Origin: a virus
Virus record (IMG/VR): IMGVR_UViG_3300031418_000005
Location: 1-64,000 of that record
Reading direction: 5' to 3' (one strand)
Length of the DNA: 64,000 nt
In this document: piece after piece, positions 28,213-38,314 of the stretch
Layout of the letters: each line of letters starts with the position of its first letter
Numbering within the stretch: position 1 is the first letter of the stretch
Notes under the pieces: model-generated
What the model saw: the letters and a program-made list of their open reading frames with translations, nothing else
Told to the model about the DNA's origin: nothing
Databases searched by the model: none
Made by a program: the position numbers and the translations under genes

Positions 28213-28243
28213 AAAAAAAGAAGAGGGAACCCGAAGGTTCCCT
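28213..28243 (-). terminator. cUUCGg terminator
   Basis: agggaacc-cgaa-ggttccct. Confidence 0.85.
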
Positions 28244-28249
28244 TATCTA

Positions 28250-29887
28250 TCAGTAGCGTACCGGCGCAGTTGGTTCACCGTTGCTCAGCAACAGGAACTG
28301 ACCTTGCGGCACTTGCAGGATAACCTGAGAGTGCGGTACGTCATTTTGCAGTGCTTCATAAATCGCGATCAGCGGCTCAGAAGCATTGCCCAGCGATGCC
28401 ATTTCAACCATGTGGTATTTACCCACTGACTGATACAGGCCCGGCACAACCACCGTGATGGTGCTCTGTACCAGATTTACTACCTGACCTTTATCATCAA
28501 GCTTGATAGTCAGCTTGCGGATAGAGTTGGCCACCGTCAGGAACAGGTCACGGAAGAAATCTTCGTGTTCGCTCACGCCGTTACCGCCAGTGGTCTGGTT
28601 GTACAGGTCAGCTGCGAACCAGTTGATGTCATCCGGTGCACGTTCCAGATTGATACCCGGTACGGTAGGGACGTCGGTACCGTGATTGGTCGCCAGCGAG
28701 ATACCATTATGGATAAGCAATGTCAGGTTGCCCAGATACGCATTGGCAAAACGTGCCACTTCGGATACCACGACTTCGGCCTCGTCCGACTTCTCCATAG
28801 AGTAGTCGTGAATGGCTTTCGCTGCCTGACGCAGTTTGTTGATGGTTTTCATGACGCGGTCCATCAGCTTTTCTACGTCGTCAACTTCGGTCAGGCCATC
28901 GAGATCGGATTTCGCAGCATTGTGGGTGGCTAAGAATTCACGCATCACTTCAACGCTGCTGTCGGTGGTGCCGACCAGGTAAGGACGATAGCTGTCACGC
29001 GCACGCACGATGATACCGGCTCCTTTATAGAACACGATTTCATCTTCGCCAGAGATAATGCTCTGGAGCGGGCTTACCCAGTCACGCGATTCAGCGTAGG
29101 TAGATTGTTTGATGCGGCTGTTCGCTTCTTTCGCTGGTACACTGATTTTAGCTTCTGGTGCCACCAGTTCGTGAGCTGCGTAATCTTCCACTTCAATCTC
29201 CTGCAAAATGTTAATAACTGGGTCGTTCATGCTCATGTTCTGTCCTTTTGAGGTAGCAGCCGCTACAGTATTGATAACAGGTTGGTTAAAATTGACTTCT
29301 GCTTTTGGTGCAGTTGCCGGATCGGCGACGGCTGCTGCCGGTTGTGGGGCCACAGTCGTTTGTTGAGTCGGTGCATCATTAACGAAAGACAGACCGCTGT
29401 CGCCACCGAAGTCGAGATCGGTTTGCGGCATGATGACTTTCAACCCAGCAGACGATTGGGCACTTACCCCTACTTCCGGTGCAGACATGGTGAGACCGTC
29501 AGAGACACGGATACCCCCGCCATTGCCACCGATACCACCGCCACCCAGACCACCACCGCCTTGTGCATTACGCAGAATGGCAATGATTTTCTCAACTTCA
29601 CCCCACATCCCCATCAGCTTATCGTGCACATCACCACTGAAGGTTTTACCCTTCGCAGCAATGGATTGATAAACTGCGGCTTTATAGGCGTCGATGATAT
29701 ACTGAATGACTTGCTGATTAGACAGCTTCTTCGCCTGAGCATAGATACCCACAGCGCGAGCAATCTTCAGTCCCTGGTCAGGCGGCATCCCGTTATCAGC
29801 CATGACCGAGTTCAGAGTGTTCAGAACATTGTCACGGCTCAGGTTTTGTTTCAGGACGTTAGTGACTTCTTCGATTGTAATGCTCAT
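28250..29887 (-). CDS. Hypothetical protein with Gly-rich and low-complexity linker
   Basis: 545 aa, TAAGGAG RBS, downstream of the nvRNAP subunit. Confidence 0.8.
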   Translation of the reverse strand: MSITIEEVTNVLKQNLSRDNVLNTLNSVMADNGMPPDQGLKIARAVGIYAQAKKLSNQQVIQYIIDAYKAAVYQSIAAKGKTFSGDVHDKLMGMWGEVEKIIAILRNAQGGGGLGGGGIGGNGGGIRVSDGLTMSAPEVGVSAQSSAGLKVIMPQTDLDFGGDSGLSFVNDAPTQQTTVAPQPAAAVADPATAPKAEVNFNQPVINTVAAATSKGQNMSMNDPVINILQEIEVEDYAAHELVAPEAKISVPAKEANSRIKQSTYAESRDWVSPLQSIISGEDEIVFYKGAGIIVRARDSYRPYLVGTTDSSVEVMREFLATHNAAKSDLDGLTEVDDVEKLMDRVMKTINKLRQAAKAIHDYSMEKSDEAEVVVSEVARFANAYLGNLTLLIHNGISLATNHGTDVPTVPGINLERAPDDINWFAADLYNQTTGGNGVSEHEDFFRDLFLTVANSIRKLTIKLDDKGQVVNLVQSTITVVVPGLYQSVGKYHMVEMASLGNASEPLIAIYEALQNDVPHSQVILQVPQGQFLLLSNGEPTAPVRY

Positions 29888-29919
29888 GCTAATTCATACT
29901 CCTTAATGGGGAAACTATT

Positions 29920-31695
29920 TTAACGGCCGATTTTTGCAATGTCTTCTTCCGTTGGCTTGATATACGGAGCCAACTTCGGATTGCGAACCATCACTAAGTG
30001 AAGGTTGGTCTTCATGTACGGGTTGAGGATATTGGACTTGAATGGTGCCGACTTCGGAATATAGTAAACGTTACCACACTCCAGATGCGACGCTGATGCG
30101 TGCTTCGTACGGTCATTCAGGTTCACCGTTTTACCGCCTTTCTTCGTGCGTTTGGCATCGGTTTCCGTTTGCCCAATCGCATGTGTCGAGACAGCCAATA
30201 CCATTGATTCAGTGGAGGCGTTAAAGAAACTGATACCGCCGTTGCCGGTGATGTTACGCAACACCAGATTCAGCACAATCTCTTTGTTCAGCGCATCACG
30301 AATCGCTTTCGAACAGGATTCAGGTGAGCGGTTTTCCATCTGGCCTAAACGCCAACGAATCTTCGAGATCGTTGTAGTAAAGCCACGTTGACCCAACAGC
30401 AGATAATCCGTCACCGTCAGACGTTTACCGTACATAGACGGGATGTCTTCTTGTTTCGTCAGGCGCGTACGCACCATCATCTGCGTGGTATACCAGAGGA
30501 AGTCAAACATATCCATGTCGTCTGGAATACTCGGATCGTTCGCCATCAACTCACCACGGAAGGTACTGTTAACGTAGCGCTCACATTCCTGATAGTGACT
30601 GTCCATGCTACGTCCCAGCTCGATATCGGACGGTTTCATGCCGAGGATAGAACGTCCCAGAATCTCCTTCCAGATAGCTGGGGAGTTCAGGTTGGCAATA
30701 TCTTCGTCCATCGCGAATTCGTTTATCTGGGTAAACAGTGCCGGTAAGGTTGGTGCACGGCCACCTTTGCTGTTCTGCTTGCTGGCGAAATAATGCGCCG
30801 CTTTGAAGAATGCAGAAACTGCAATCAGTAAGGCGTGTTCGTTCTGATCCCAACGGGTGTTGTGCAGATTCGGCAGAGCATCAACCGGTACAGTAACAAC
30901 ATACTGTATCTGACGGTTATACTGCTGCTCACCCGAACTGATTACCGCAAGCTTATTCAGGTCGAGATCGGGAACTTTGAATGCTGGCCAGATGTTAACA
31001 TCCACACCCGTGTAGCGCTTCACAGCTTCTTTAAAGCCATAACGCCCAAACATCCAATACATCAGTGGTTTTTCGTCGGTATCGTGTCCAATCGGATTCT
31101 TCGAGACAAACAGATTCGAAGTGCCCGGCAGGAACAATTCCTCCTTCATGCCATTAACCAAAATCTTCGTTGGCTTCTTACAGAACTTCAACGAGACTTT
31201 GCGTGTAAAGTCAAAGTTAATGAAAATACCACCGTGCTCACGACAGATACCCGGTTGGTGGATAACCGGCGCAACGTGATACGTGGTACCGAAGTAGTTC
31301 ATCAGGCCACCGCGTCGAATAAACGGTAGGCTGATAGGACGCGATGTAGGACGACCGTCTCCCGGAATACGGAAAGTTGCCATCACCATATACGTGTCCG
31401 TAGCAGCGATAGACATCACTGCCCGCCCGCGACCAGCACGACTGCTATCAGACTTCGACAGCTTATAAATGAACGATTCAAACGGAGCCATGTGGCGGAC
31501 GTTCAACACAGACAGACCTTCGGGTAACCGCGGGTTCTCAACTCGGTCGTGGGTTAGTTCACGACGCAGAATCTGATGCACACGGTCATGTATCCCGTCT
31601 TTTGCCTGTGTGTAGCCGACACCTTCCGCGATTGCACGATTGAAGGGGACAATCTTACCGTCTTCCTTAATCTTTCTTATCGCATCTTTAAACAC
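29920..31695 (-). CDS. Non-virion RNA polymerase beta subunit N-terminal fragment (phiKZ gp123-like)
   Basis: ISLPFIRRGG...GTTYH..PV, SMYGKRL, H.SHLECG...PK..P...LNPY; position near the capsid gene. Confidence 0.8.
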   Translation of the reverse strand: MFKDAIRKIKEDGKIVPFNRAIAEGVGYTQAKDGIHDRVHQILRRELTHDRVENPRLPEGLSVLNVRHMAPFESFIYKLSKSDSSRAGRGRAVMSIAATDTYMVMATFRIPGDGRPTSRPISLPFIRRGGLMNYFGTTYHVAPVIHQPGICREHGGIFINFDFTRKVSLKFCKKPTKILVNGMKEELFLPGTSNLFVSKNPIGHDTDEKPLMYWMFGRYGFKEAVKRYTGVDVNIWPAFKVPDLDLNKLAVISSGEQQYNRQIQYVVTVPVDALPNLHNTRWDQNEHALLIAVSAFFKAAHYFASKQNSKGGRAPTLPALFTQINEFAMDEDIANLNSPAIWKEILGRSILGMKPSDIELGRSMDSHYQECERYVNSTFRGELMANDPSIPDDMDMFDFLWYTTQMMVRTRLTKQEDIPSMYGKRLTVTDYLLLGQRGFTTTISKIRWRLGQMENRSPESCSKAIRDALNKEIVLNLVLRNITGNGGISFFNASTESMVLAVSTHAIGQTETDAKRTKKGGKTVNLNDRTKHASASHLECGNVYYIPKSAPFKSNILNPYMKTNLHLVMVRNPKLAPYIKPTEEDIAKIGR

Positions 31696-31707
31696 TGCAT
31701 GGCCTCC

Positions 31708-32712
31708 CTACATTAGCATCCCTATCACAGCGACACCAGCCGCCATAAACGCAGGGATTGCCTTTAAGAACTCTGACCCGTCCTTACGATGGATAGAACG
31801 CGCCTCATATTGGTCTTTACGGACTTCTGCCCGTTGCTTGATTTCATTTTCCTCTCGCTTGTTCTGTAGGGATAACCTCTCTTTCTCAATGGCCAATTCG
31901 TTAGATTGCTGTCGATACTCGAGATCCATCTGGTTCTTTCTATCGTCTAAATCCTGAAGTTTTGCCTGATAGTTGGCTTCCAGTTTTGCACGGACATCAC
32001 GCAAGTCTGGAATGGCGTCCATCCAGCGATAAGCTTTGGATTCTTCTTCGCTGGCAAACACGCGGAACGGCGACATCGGGTCATCGAATGTAAAATGCAA
32101 CATCCTACCACCTTCTGCTAACTTCCCGCCCCCAATCACCATGTATATTCCCTCATCGTAATACTTCGAACGGATAGGGTCTACCTCGACTTGCGTCGTA
32201 TAGAACCGCACCCAACGATATACCTTCGGATCGTCGTACCGCTGTACAACCACGACCCCCAACGTGAACTCACTCCGCTCGCCACCCGGTAATGCAATGG
32301 GATTAGAGTCAAGCCTGACCGGTTGTGTTGAGAAAGCCATACCGAGCTTCTTCAATACCACCAAGTCACCGTGCATCAACGCGGAGATATCCGACACCAC
32401 GTACATCAGTGTGGTCTCTCCGGACTCCTGAATCTCACGGCACATTTGTGAAAACTGCTTCGCAGGAAATCCTTCGCGAAGCCCCGTCAGGTTAGCCTGC
32501 CCACCGACAGCTTTATACGTCACGTAAATGACGATGCCGAACTCCGACGCGGTATGTTGCGATGGAGCTATGATAAAGCTGCCGCCACTGAGTTCAGTGA
32601 CGTGAACAGGAACACCTGTATTGTTTTCGTAGGAGATGGTTTTCTTCACGACACCATGATACATGGGTCGCTGCGTAATCGTCGGTTCAATGTCTAAATC
32701 ATAACGATTCAT
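31708..32712 (-). CDS. Conserved protein (phiKZ gp122-like) with C-terminal coiled coil and hydrophobic tail
   Basis: Start MNRYD; KD.YEARS..RKD.SE.LK.IP motif. Confidence 0.7.
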   Translation of the reverse strand: MNRYDLDIEPTITQRPMYHGVVKKTISYENNTGVPVHVTELSGGSFIIAPSQHTASEFGIVIYVTYKAVGGQANLTGLREGFPAKQFSQMCREIQESGETTLMYVVSDISALMHGDLVVLKKLGMAFSTQPVRLDSNPIALPGGERSEFTLGVVVVQRYDDPKVYRWVRFYTTQVEVDPIRSKYYDEGIYMVIGGGKLAEGGRMLHFTFDDPMSPFRVFASEEESKAYRWMDAIPDLRDVRAKLEANYQAKLQDLDDRKNQMDLEYRQQSNELAIEKERLSLQNKREENEIKQRAEVRKDQYEARSIHRKDGSEFLKAIPAFMAAGVAVIGMLM

Positions 32713-32746
32713 TTCGCATCCCAGTTGAAAAACCAATAGATACAAC

Positions 32747-32777
32747 CACGTAGATAATATCTATCTCAGAATACTTT
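32747..32777 (-). promoter_or_regulatory. Early (virion RNAP) promoter
   Basis: AAAGTATTCTGAGATAGATATTATCTACGTG. Confidence 0.75.
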
Positions 32778-32789
32778 GAACGCGACTCG

Positions 32790-32813
32790 CATAGGGACTG
32801 CGCGTGGCGTAAA
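32790..32813 (-). promoter_or_regulatory. TTTAC-N15-TATG promoter-like element
   Basis: TTTACgccacgcgcagtcccTATG. Confidence 0.7.
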
Positions 32814-32822
32814 AAGATAGAG

Positions 32823-33632
32823 TCAGCGTGCGATGGCTTTCACCAATGCACGCAAATCTTCTTTCTCCAGGGTAGCCAGACTGATATTACCAAGGCCATT
32901 AACCATTCGCACTTCGAACCCGCCGTTAGGCAACGTGTCCATTTGGGCGATACCGTTAAGGACATCGGCCAGCTGGTGAAGCCTTACTGATGCGAAATTA
33001 AACGGAATGTACGGCGAGTTAGGAACGATGTGGGGATTGTGTGGTGGTTCTACCCAATAGCCCCCTGTAGCGATGTCGCCACGTTCAGGGATAACAAAGG
33101 TGTACTGCGGATCGATATAGCGCCCGTAGATACGCAGATTTTCCATCAACTCACACTGTGGCGTGTATGACTCGCGTAACGCATCTGTCAACGAACGCAG
33201 CTCATTGACATCACGACCGATGTTAAACGGAATAACGCGGGCGTGGTCTCTCCACTCTTGAATACCGACCGGGAAGTGGTGGGGTTGATACAGGCCGAGC
33301 TTCTTGAGAAACCCTTCGAGGTTGCTGATTATTTCTGGCTCATCCTTTGACTCAGGAAAGGAGTAACGAGTTAGCTTACACATCACATCGCCCAGGATGA
33401 TGGATCTCATGTCCTTTATGCGGGTGGTCTCGTATTCTTTATATTTGCCGAAATCCCCTTTCAGCATGGCATGTTTTACGGTCAGGAAGTGCTGGAGGAT
33501 ATCGAACGCGTGGAGTGGATAGGCAATCTCTGTCGTCTCATGGAAATGACTGTCTCTATCCAACACCGTAACGATAACACCGACGGCAGTGGCCTTTACA
33601 TTGATAACCTGTCCAATATCGAACTCTTTCAT
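32823..33632 (-). CDS. Hypothetical early protein
   Basis: 269 aa, AAAGGAG RBS, own early promoter. Confidence 0.8.
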   Translation of the reverse strand: MKEFDIGQVINVKATAVGVIVTVLDRDSHFHETTEIAYPLHAFDILQHFLTVKHAMLKGDFGKYKEYETTRIKDMRSIILGDVMCKLTRYSFPESKDEPEIISNLEGFLKKLGLYQPHHFPVGIQEWRDHARVIPFNIGRDVNELRSLTDALRESYTPQCELMENLRIYGRYIDPQYTFVIPERGDIATGGYWVEPPHNPHIVPNSPYIPFNFASVRLHQLADVLNGIAQMDTLPNGGFEVRMVNGLGNISLATLEKEDLRALVKAIAR

Positions 33633-33664
33633 TTATATTCTCCTTTAGATAAAACAATCGTTCG

Positions 33665-33695
33665 TCACCAAGATAATATCTATCTGTGAAATTTT
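33665..33695 (-). promoter_or_regulatory. Early (virion RNAP) promoter
   Basis: AAAATTTCACAGATAGATATTATCTTGGTG. Confidence 0.75.
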
Positions 33696-33700
33696 AGGAT

Positions 33701-33738
33701 AAAAAAAAGAAAAAGCTTACTCCCCGAAGGGAGTAAGC
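33701..33738 (-). terminator. cUUCGg terminator after the capsid gene
   Basis: gcttactccc-cgaa-gggagtaagc plus A-tract. Confidence 0.9.
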
Positions 33739-33766
33739 AATTCCTAGCGTGCGTTATCTTTTCAGA

Positions 33767-36076
33767 TTACGCGCCAGTACCAGTGCCAGTACCGGTGCCG
33801 GTACCACCACCAGTAGTATCGCCACCTACAGCGCCACCGTTACCGGTGCCGGTGCCTGCAGTGCCGTTCTCTTCAACAGACACGTTGTAAGCCAGTTTGC
33901 TTTCAACGTATTTGGTGATGCCTTTGATCCAAATCAGGCCAGTGATCGGGCAGTGACAGATGTGGGCGTTACGCGGCTGCACAGCCAGCTCTTTGCTGGT
34001 CGCGCCGTTACGCTGGATGTTGATGTTGGTAACCATGATCGGAGACCAGAAGTGGTTACCCCAGTTCAGAACACAGTAAGAACCATCATCAGCCGTCGGC
34101 ACTTTCAGGACCCACTGCAGACGACGAGTCCAAGACTCATCTGCAGCGTTCCAGATACGCCAGCGGTCATCGTTGGTGGTGATGACTTCGTACTCGTAGC
34201 GGTCGCCCAGCAGACGCTGGTCACCCTGAGTCAGCAGCAGCATAGCTGCAGTCGGCTCATCGGTAGCGATAACTACTTTCGGCAGCGCGTCCGGGTTAGC
34301 TGTCAGCAGACGCAGGGCAGGCATGAAGCGGCTGTCCTGGATTGCACGAGTAACCTGGTCGCCGATACGCTGTACCAGACCCTGACGGGCGTTGATCAGT
34401 GCATCTTTGGTATCCAGAGACTGGATAACCTGGTCGACGTTATAATCGCTCTCTTTGTACCACGGAGCAACCCAGTGACGACCCAGACCACGGATGGCCG
34501 GTTTGTCCCACGGAGTGATCATGCTTTCGAAAGCATTTTTCACAGCTTCGGTGTAGCTCAGAGTCTGAGTGATGGCCAGCATTTCGTTACGGATGTTAAC
34601 CGCAGAAACCAGGTCATCCAGGCGCTCGGTGTCGTCATATTCAACACCAACCGGCGATTTGGTCATGATCGGGGAACCGTACTGCAGCTTGTAGTTCTCC
34701 TGTTCCCAGATTGGGTCCAGCAGCAAGCCCTGGGTTCTCCGGTTTTCGTTGGTACGAGTACCATCGAAGCGCCAGCCCAGCAGTTCCAGTTTCAGACCGT
34801 CCATGATAACTTTGCCGGTACCAGATTTGGTATCAACAGCGTTACCAGTTGCGTCGAACAGACCTTCGACGATCAGGTTTTTACCAGTTACATCCACGCG
34901 ACCAGAATACTGACCGTTGGTGAACAGGCTCATGCTGATGTTCATGCTGTACTTCAGCGTGTACTGGTTCTGAGCCAGTGCAGCCAGCGCAGGAATGTCG
35001 TCGCCTTTCCAGTCCAGAGACTTGGCGTTCAGAGAGAACGCGGTGCGACGGAACTGAAGGGTCAGCTCACGGCCGTCACCTTCTGGCGGACGCTGGAAGG
35101 TAGCGAACTGCATGTCGCGTACGTTCAGTTTGATCAGCGCGCCGTCTTTGACATCTTCGCTCGGTTTACGGACGGAAATCAGCAGGCTGCCCAGAGAAGC
35201 ACCCGGTGCGATTTCGTCAGTTTCGTCGTAACCTTCCTGCACGATGCCCGGATGAGCAGCCAGCTGGAACAGGTTCAGGCGATCTTTTTCGAAGGTCAGG
35301 TAGTTAGTCGGGTACGGAGGTACGCGACCCAGCTGAACGGTTTCGTTCGGCACCACGTCAGAGCTGATGAAGTATTCGGCGTTGTCGCCGGTTTCCATCA
35401 CGTAAGGAACGATGCGGATTGCGTCGTCCTGCAGCACTTTGTGGTTGGACAGTGCGTTGTGCAGCGGCTGACGGTGGTCTTCAACCACGTCTTTGGTCAG
35501 CAGCGCGTTCAGGATACCACGAGTTACAGTAGTAACTTTGGTACGCACGGTAATACCAACATCGTTGGTTTCAACGGTGATGGTCGGGAACAGGGTTTCA
35601 GCGAACTTGGACTGGGTTTCCAGCGCACGAACGTTCAGGGTCCAGGTCAGGCCCAGGTTACGGTCGTAGTCTTTGTTCGTGTAGTATTCACGAGCGACCA
35701 GCGGGTCTTTGCCGTAGTCAGCTGCCAGCGTGGCTGCGCCAGGGATTGCGATCGGCATGAACTTGTCATACTTCGGATTCGCGCTTTCCTGAGCAACGGC
35801 CTGCACCAGATCCATACCGTGACCGGCAGCACCCAGAATCATGGCAGAAGCAACCTGGGCAGCATGAGACATGCTCTTACCAGGGAACACGGTTTGGTAC
35901 TGCTGCGCGGCGCTGTCGTTCAGAGAGCTGAACGCTTTAGCGTTTTTACGAACGGATTCGCCAGCAACAACGGTAGACCACACTTCACCAGCGGAGGTAC
36001 CAGACTGAACGTTGGCTACAAGCTCGTTACCCGCATTGACGAGCTTCTCCAGATTAGAGATTCGGGTATCTTTCAT
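33767..36076 (-). CDS. Major capsid protein (phiKZ gp120/SPN3US gp75-like)
   Basis: 769 aa; QSKFAETLFPTITV, RTNENRRTQG, VVIATD, VQPR; strong high-expression codon bias; AGE/AQE/ARE sites in the N-terminus; adjacent to dnaB. Confidence 0.9.
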   Translation of the reverse strand: MKDTRISNLEKLVNAGNELVANVQSGTSAGEVWSTVVAGESVRKNAKAFSSLNDSAAQQYQTVFPGKSMSHAAQVASAMILGAAGHGMDLVQAVAQESANPKYDKFMPIAIPGAATLAADYGKDPLVAREYYTNKDYDRNLGLTWTLNVRALETQSKFAETLFPTITVETNDVGITVRTKVTTVTRGILNALLTKDVVEDHRQPLHNALSNHKVLQDDAIRIVPYVMETGDNAEYFISSDVVPNETVQLGRVPPYPTNYLTFEKDRLNLFQLAAHPGIVQEGYDETDEIAPGASLGSLLISVRKPSEDVKDGALIKLNVRDMQFATFQRPPEGDGRELTLQFRRTAFSLNAKSLDWKGDDIPALAALAQNQYTLKYSMNISMSLFTNGQYSGRVDVTGKNLIVEGLFDATGNAVDTKSGTGKVIMDGLKLELLGWRFDGTRTNENRRTQGLLLDPIWEQENYKLQYGSPIMTKSPVGVEYDDTERLDDLVSAVNIRNEMLAITQTLSYTEAVKNAFESMITPWDKPAIRGLGRHWVAPWYKESDYNVDQVIQSLDTKDALINARQGLVQRIGDQVTRAIQDSRFMPALRLLTANPDALPKVVIATDEPTAAMLLLTQGDQRLLGDRYEYEVITTNDDRWRIWNAADESWTRRLQWVLKVPTADDGSYCVLNWGNHFWSPIMVTNINIQRNGATSKELAVQPRNAHICHCPITGLIWIKGITKYVESKLAYNVSVEENGTAGTGTGNGGAVGGDTTGGGTGTGTGTGTGA

Positions 36077-36088
36077 TTCATTCTTACC

Positions 36089-36613
36089 TTAGTGAGATAA
36101 ATGACATGCGTAAAGTTGCGTCAGCACTTCATGAGTTGCGAACTGCGTAGAAGTGCTGTACGTATCATCCACGACGCGAGTCTTGGTACGCACATATTTA
36201 AAAAGTTCTGCGCAGAACATCTTTTTCGCAGCGTGGTCTTCACCCAAAGAGAAACCCGGTCCGGACTTCGCTTCTGCAAATGACGCCACAATGACGCCGC
36301 CACGCTGTGTGAATACCCAACGTAGACGACCAGAGAATGCTTCCCCATATAAATCAGCAAGAGAAACATCGGTACCACTTTCAACCAGATTCAAAACCTG
36401 GTCATAGTATTTAGCTGGAAGCAGCGGTGGAGCCATCAACGCTTTGTAGATGGGAATCGGACCGACTTCCGGCAAAATAATGGAACTGAAACCTTTTTGG
36501 GTGTCATATAACCAGTTAAAGAAGCTTGCCTGGAGCAATTCCAAACTTTTAACGGCAGCCCCTTTATCTATGTTAGGTTGAACTTCCCACGGTGGACTAA
36601 AACGAATCTGCAT
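36089..36613 (-). CDS. Conserved structural protein (phiKZ gp119-like position)
   Basis: 174-aa ORF between capsid and helicase genes. Confidence 0.7.
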   Translation of the reverse strand: MQIRFSPPWEVQPNIDKGAAVKSLELLQASFFNWLYDTQKGFSSIILPEVGPIPIYKALMAPPLLPAKYYDQVLNLVESGTDVSLADLYGEAFSGRLRWVFTQRGGVIVASFAEAKSGPGFSLGEDHAAKKMFCAELFKYVRTKTRVVDDTYSTSTQFATHEVLTQLYACHLSH

Positions 36614-36627
36614 TTTAAGGATGCTCC

Positions 36628-38193
36628 ATGAACAATAAAATGATGTTGATAACAGCCTTAGCCGCTCTTTACGCAGAAAGTCTTTTGACAGACCCAGATA
36701 GGGACCATGATGTCATAAGAAAAGTTTTGCTTGAGGCTAAGCTTCCTGAGTACGCCGAGGAAGGGGACGAAAGGTCCGCGCTCGTCGAAATCAAGGACAT
36801 CATCACATCCATCATAGACGGCGGCATGACATACGACCACGCAAACGTCATGAAGCGTTTGAAGTTGGCCACCACACAAGTACGTCCTCTATACGATACG
36901 ATTACCAAGTTCCTGGAAGACGATATCCCAGAAGACCCAGAGAAACGTATCGAGCATCTTAACCGCCAGGTATCACAATATTACTTTCAGCTCCGCCAGT
37001 GCATTCAAGGCGTGCAGCTTAAGCAGCGATTAGGACGTGCTATCGGGGCGATTAACGGAACCGAACAGCGTGTGGATTTGCAGACGGCCTTGACCGAGCT
37101 CAAAGATACGCTATCCACGTTCAGCGAACGCTCTCATAATAAGATTCCATCACTGGTTGGTGAACTGGTGACGGATAACCGTGCACCGTTTATCAAAGTC
37201 TTTGACTCGATTAACAAGAAAGCAGCGGGTAATGGTCTACAGACCGGATGGAAATCCATCAACCAAATGCTGGGCTGTAATAAGGGTATAACGGAAGAGA
37301 TGTGGCTGATGCCTGCTCTGCCTTTCAACTGTAAGTCACTGTTCAGTTTGCTGCTGACGCTATCCATTCCTATCTTCAACACGCCAGAGAAAGTTATGGC
37401 TGATGTGAAGGGAACTCTGCAGCCGATTATCCTTGACCTCAGTCTGGAAAACGAACTGGACGTGAACCTGGCTTACGGTTATCAACAAATCTACGGGCAC
37501 TTCGAAGGTGAAGCACCGCGTATGGTGTTACCGCACGATGCGACACCAGAACAAAAGGTGGCTCATACCACAGCAATGTCGGATTACCTGTGCGGTAAGA
37601 TTCAGTCGAATGGTTGGGATTACGTGTTCCAGAAACACACCAACTCCGACTTCAAAGTGCACTACATCAACGATTTGATTCTCGACCTGAAACGTCGTGG
37701 TTATCATGTCGTGGGTATTCGTGCAGACTACCTGGGCACCATCAGCAAAGGTGGTCACGGGAACGGCGTCGTCGGCAGCGATATCAAAGAGATTTACCGT
37801 ATGGCCCGTAACTACCAGGTCGTGCGTAACCGCGGGTTCATGATTGCCCCGCACCAGATTTCCCCAGAGGGGAAACGTCTGAAAGCATTAGACCCCGTTG
37901 GCTTCTGTAAGAGCCTGCCTGGTCGTGGCTTGTATTCTGACTGCTCAAGTCTGGATAACGAAGCCGATGGTGAAATGTACTTCAACAAGCGTGTGGTAAA
38001 TGGTCACAGCTTCTTAGAAGTACAGCGCGGTAAACATCGTACGATTATTGATACCAAAGAAGCACACCACTATACCGTATTGCCGTTTGGCGATGTCAGT
38101 ATTTTACCTTGGGATTGCGATAAAGAAGAAACCGTAACAGCGTCGTCTATCAACTTCTTCACCGGTGGAATGGGTGATGAATTGTTCGCGTAA
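36628..38193 (+). CDS. dnaB: DnaB-like replicative helicase (phiKZ gp118-like)
   Basis: LQTGW..INQMLG, degenerate Walker A ALPFNCKS, SLENE, DYL, PHQIS, QRGKHR. Confidence 0.88.
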   Translation: MNNKMMLITALAALYAESLLTDPDRDHDVIRKVLLEAKLPEYAEEGDERSALVEIKDIITSIIDGGMTYDHANVMKRLKLATTQVRPLYDTITKFLEDDIPEDPEKRIEHLNRQVSQYYFQLRQCIQGVQLKQRLGRAIGAINGTEQRVDLQTALTELKDTLSTFSERSHNKIPSLVGELVTDNRAPFIKVFDSINKKAAGNGLQTGWKSINQMLGCNKGITEEMWLMPALPFNCKSLFSLLLTLSIPIFNTPEKVMADVKGTLQPIILDLSLENELDVNLAYGYQQIYGHFEGEAPRMVLPHDATPEQKVAHTTAMSDYLCGKIQSNGWDYVFQKHTNSDFKVHYINDLILDLKRRGYHVVGIRADYLGTISKGGHGNGVVGSDIKEIYRMARNYQVVRNRGFMIAPHQISPEGKRLKALDPVGFCKSLPGRGLYSDCSSLDNEADGEMYFNKRVVNGHSFLEVQRGKHRTIIDTKEAHHYTVLPFGDVSILPWDCDKEETVTASSINFFTGGMGDELFA

Positions 38194-38262
38194 CAGCGAC
38201 CGGGAGGCTTCGGCCTCCCTACGGCAGTTTATGCGTCCTCGAAGACAAAAAAAAATAAGGAC

Positions 38263-38309
38263 AAAAAAAGAACACCCTACTCCCGAAGGAGTAGGGCTAC
38301 TTTATTTTG
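38263..38309. terminator. Bidirectional terminator (second hairpin at 38202-38219)
   Basis: ccctactcc-cgaa-ggagtaggg between convergent genes. Confidence 0.85.
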
Positions 38310-38314
38310 TTTGC

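Noticed and set aside
33749-36100. 783-aa plus-strand ORF antisense to the capsid gene
   Set aside because: In-register shadow of a highly biased gene avoiding TTA/CTA/TCA codons; no RBS, unnatural composition
29920-38193. Introns, inteins or homing endonucleases in RNAP, capsid or DnaB genes
   Set aside because: ORFs are continuous; no intein terminal motifs or HNH/GIY-YIG/LAGLIDADG signatures recognised
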